A DNA stretch of 62,860 bases, filler included, from Asterionella formosa (Eukaryota), in assembly GCA_002256025.1 (NCBI GenBank). It is 13 parts of 13 records of this genome, joined end to end, with 100 filler letters (N's around TTAATTAATTAA, not from the genome) between each part and the next. Parts side by side here need not be neighbours in the genome. Positions count along the whole stretch, not along the records: positions 61,450 to 62,860 come from NKIB01002567.1; 12 more parts are not named here. The stretch is one strand, 5' to 3'. The notes beneath the pieces were generated by a model, which was not told the origin of the DNA, searched no databases, and saw only the letters and a program-made list of their open reading frames with translations. Numbering within the stretch: position 1 is the first letter of the stretch; every line of letters starts with the position of its first letter. Position numbers and translations under genes: made by a program. This document shows positions 61,450-62,860 of the stretch, in pieces.

Positions 61450-62860
61450 CCATTGTCACATCGAAGTTTCTTGAGGATATAATTAGCACTCTTCAACTTG
61501 ATGACAAGGTTTTCGACAATTTTCGACATTTCACTTTTCTTCTTAACAAAGAAGCTCCATGCTTTGCTGCTATAGTCATCTACAACAAGGACCCAATAAT
61601 TGCTTCCAATGATAGACTTTTTGTAGGGCCCGCTGATGTCAGTACACAAACGCTCACCTGCATGAGTTGCTCTTGTTGTAGAGAACTTTGGTACTGCTTT
61701 GGCCTTAGCTTTGGCAAATGCGCACCCTTCACAAGGTGTGAGACTGCCTGTGACTTCGATATTCAGTGTCTTCAATGTAGCTCGTAGTGCCACCTCACCA
61801 ATGTGTCCGAATTTATCATGTGCCTTGTTGATGTCAATTTTGATTTGCTTAGTAGGTATGATAACTGGTGGTTGCGTGGTAGTTGTACTAGTCATGACGG
61901 TTTCAATAGTACCAAGGTCACGTGTGCCTTCAAAGTAGTACAGGAGCTCTTTGCCTTCTGATTTAAATTCAATGTTCTCGAGTTCATTTGTCTTGCTTAG
62001 ACTGAGTGTCTGTCCTTTGATACTGACTTCGTAGTCTGATTTCTGTACGAAGACTCCGATACTCACAATATTCTTGTGGAAAAGCGGAGTATATAGGACT
62101 TTTTTTAAATGTAGGGTCTTTCCATTGCTTGATGTCACCAAAACGTCACCTCGTTTTGTGCATAGCACTTCCTTTCCATCACCAACAATCACGCGCACCT
62201 TGACTTTTTCAACGTTTATCATACCAAGTTCACTGGATGTGATATGACTGGTAGCTCCAGTGTCGGCCAACCATCGTTCTTCTCCTCCACACGATGCACA
62301 ATATTCAAAATTATTATTATTATTATTATCAGAAATAAATCCGAAACGATGGATCTCTTCCTCTTCTTCTTCAGCTTCGACAGCACAACCGACAAAAAAC
62401 GACGTCTCCTTCTTGTCAGCAGTCTTCTTCTTCTTCTCATCAGGGCAGTCCTTGGCGATGTGACCAGAGAATTTGTTGCAATTGAAACACTTTATGCCTT
62501 TTCCGGTCTTCTCTCCATCCGCTTTTGATCCTTTAGAGCGACAATCCGCCGATTTGTGTCCTTGCTTTCCGCAGTTGCGACAAAGACCTTTGAACTTTCC
62601 TCCTGCAAATAGGGCTATCTCGTTAGTAGATGACTTTTCAGTTTTGAACTTGCGCTTGTAGAAAGCCCGGATTTTGTTCTTCAGTTCTGTTAGAGTGATT
62701 GCCGTCATTCCTTCCACAACTGTGATCACCTCGCTATACTCAGAAGGAAGCTTGTCAATTATGTTGGCAATGACTTCAATGTCTTGTTTCTGAAAAGAGC
62801 TATTGATTTGCGTCATTCTGTTGCGAATCATGTCGAGTTTAATGAACCATTCATCAGGGT
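61450..62860 (-). mobile_element. Ty1/copia gag-protease-integrase fragment
   Basis: Two CCHC knuckles, WLADTGATSH protease, HDKFGH...CEGC, TDISGPY...VVDDYS...LRCDN; open frame. Confidence 0.96.

Noticed and set aside
46255..62860. Regular ~1.51-kb spacing of TTAATTAATTAA resembling an array
   Set aside because: Artificial linkers joining similar-length contigs (1399-1412 bp); no synteny can be inferred

Overview
Eukaryotic, intron-containing DNA, most likely a diatom (inference from CoDi-type copia fragments, a diatom-style PDE domain, a PGRL1 fragment and a signal-peptide/transit-peptide presequence). It is not one locus: 100-bp linkers (44 N + TTAATTAATTAA + 44 N) join two ~23.1-kb scaffolds (1-23096, 23197-46254) and eleven ~1.41-kb contigs (46355-62860), so adjacency across a linker is meaningless. 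Host genes: membrane-anchored GH81 beta-1,3-glucanase, probable thylakoid-lumen protein, NOB1, CABIN1/Hir3-like protein with an internal F-box-like motif, PMR1/SPCA Ca/Mn ATPase, histidine acid phosphatase, a PDE fragment and hypothetical proteins. Mobile DNA: a full-length degenerate PIF/Harbinger element, a second DDE relic, two copia fragments, a 612-bp TRIM carrying a tRNA-like A/B-box module, a tRNA-headed SINE with an 18-bp TSD, and MITE families. Best leads: (1) the ubiquitous TACCTGGTA/TACCGGTA words appear as short insertions at TA dinucleotides in repeat-copy alignments, consistent with stacked transposon excision footprints; (2) the tRNA-carrying TRIM; (3) a long rod hairpin with recurrent CTCG at its unpaired positions; (4) a PGRL1 fragment and a P2X7-ballast/KolX-like relic. 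All alignments and translations were done by eye.
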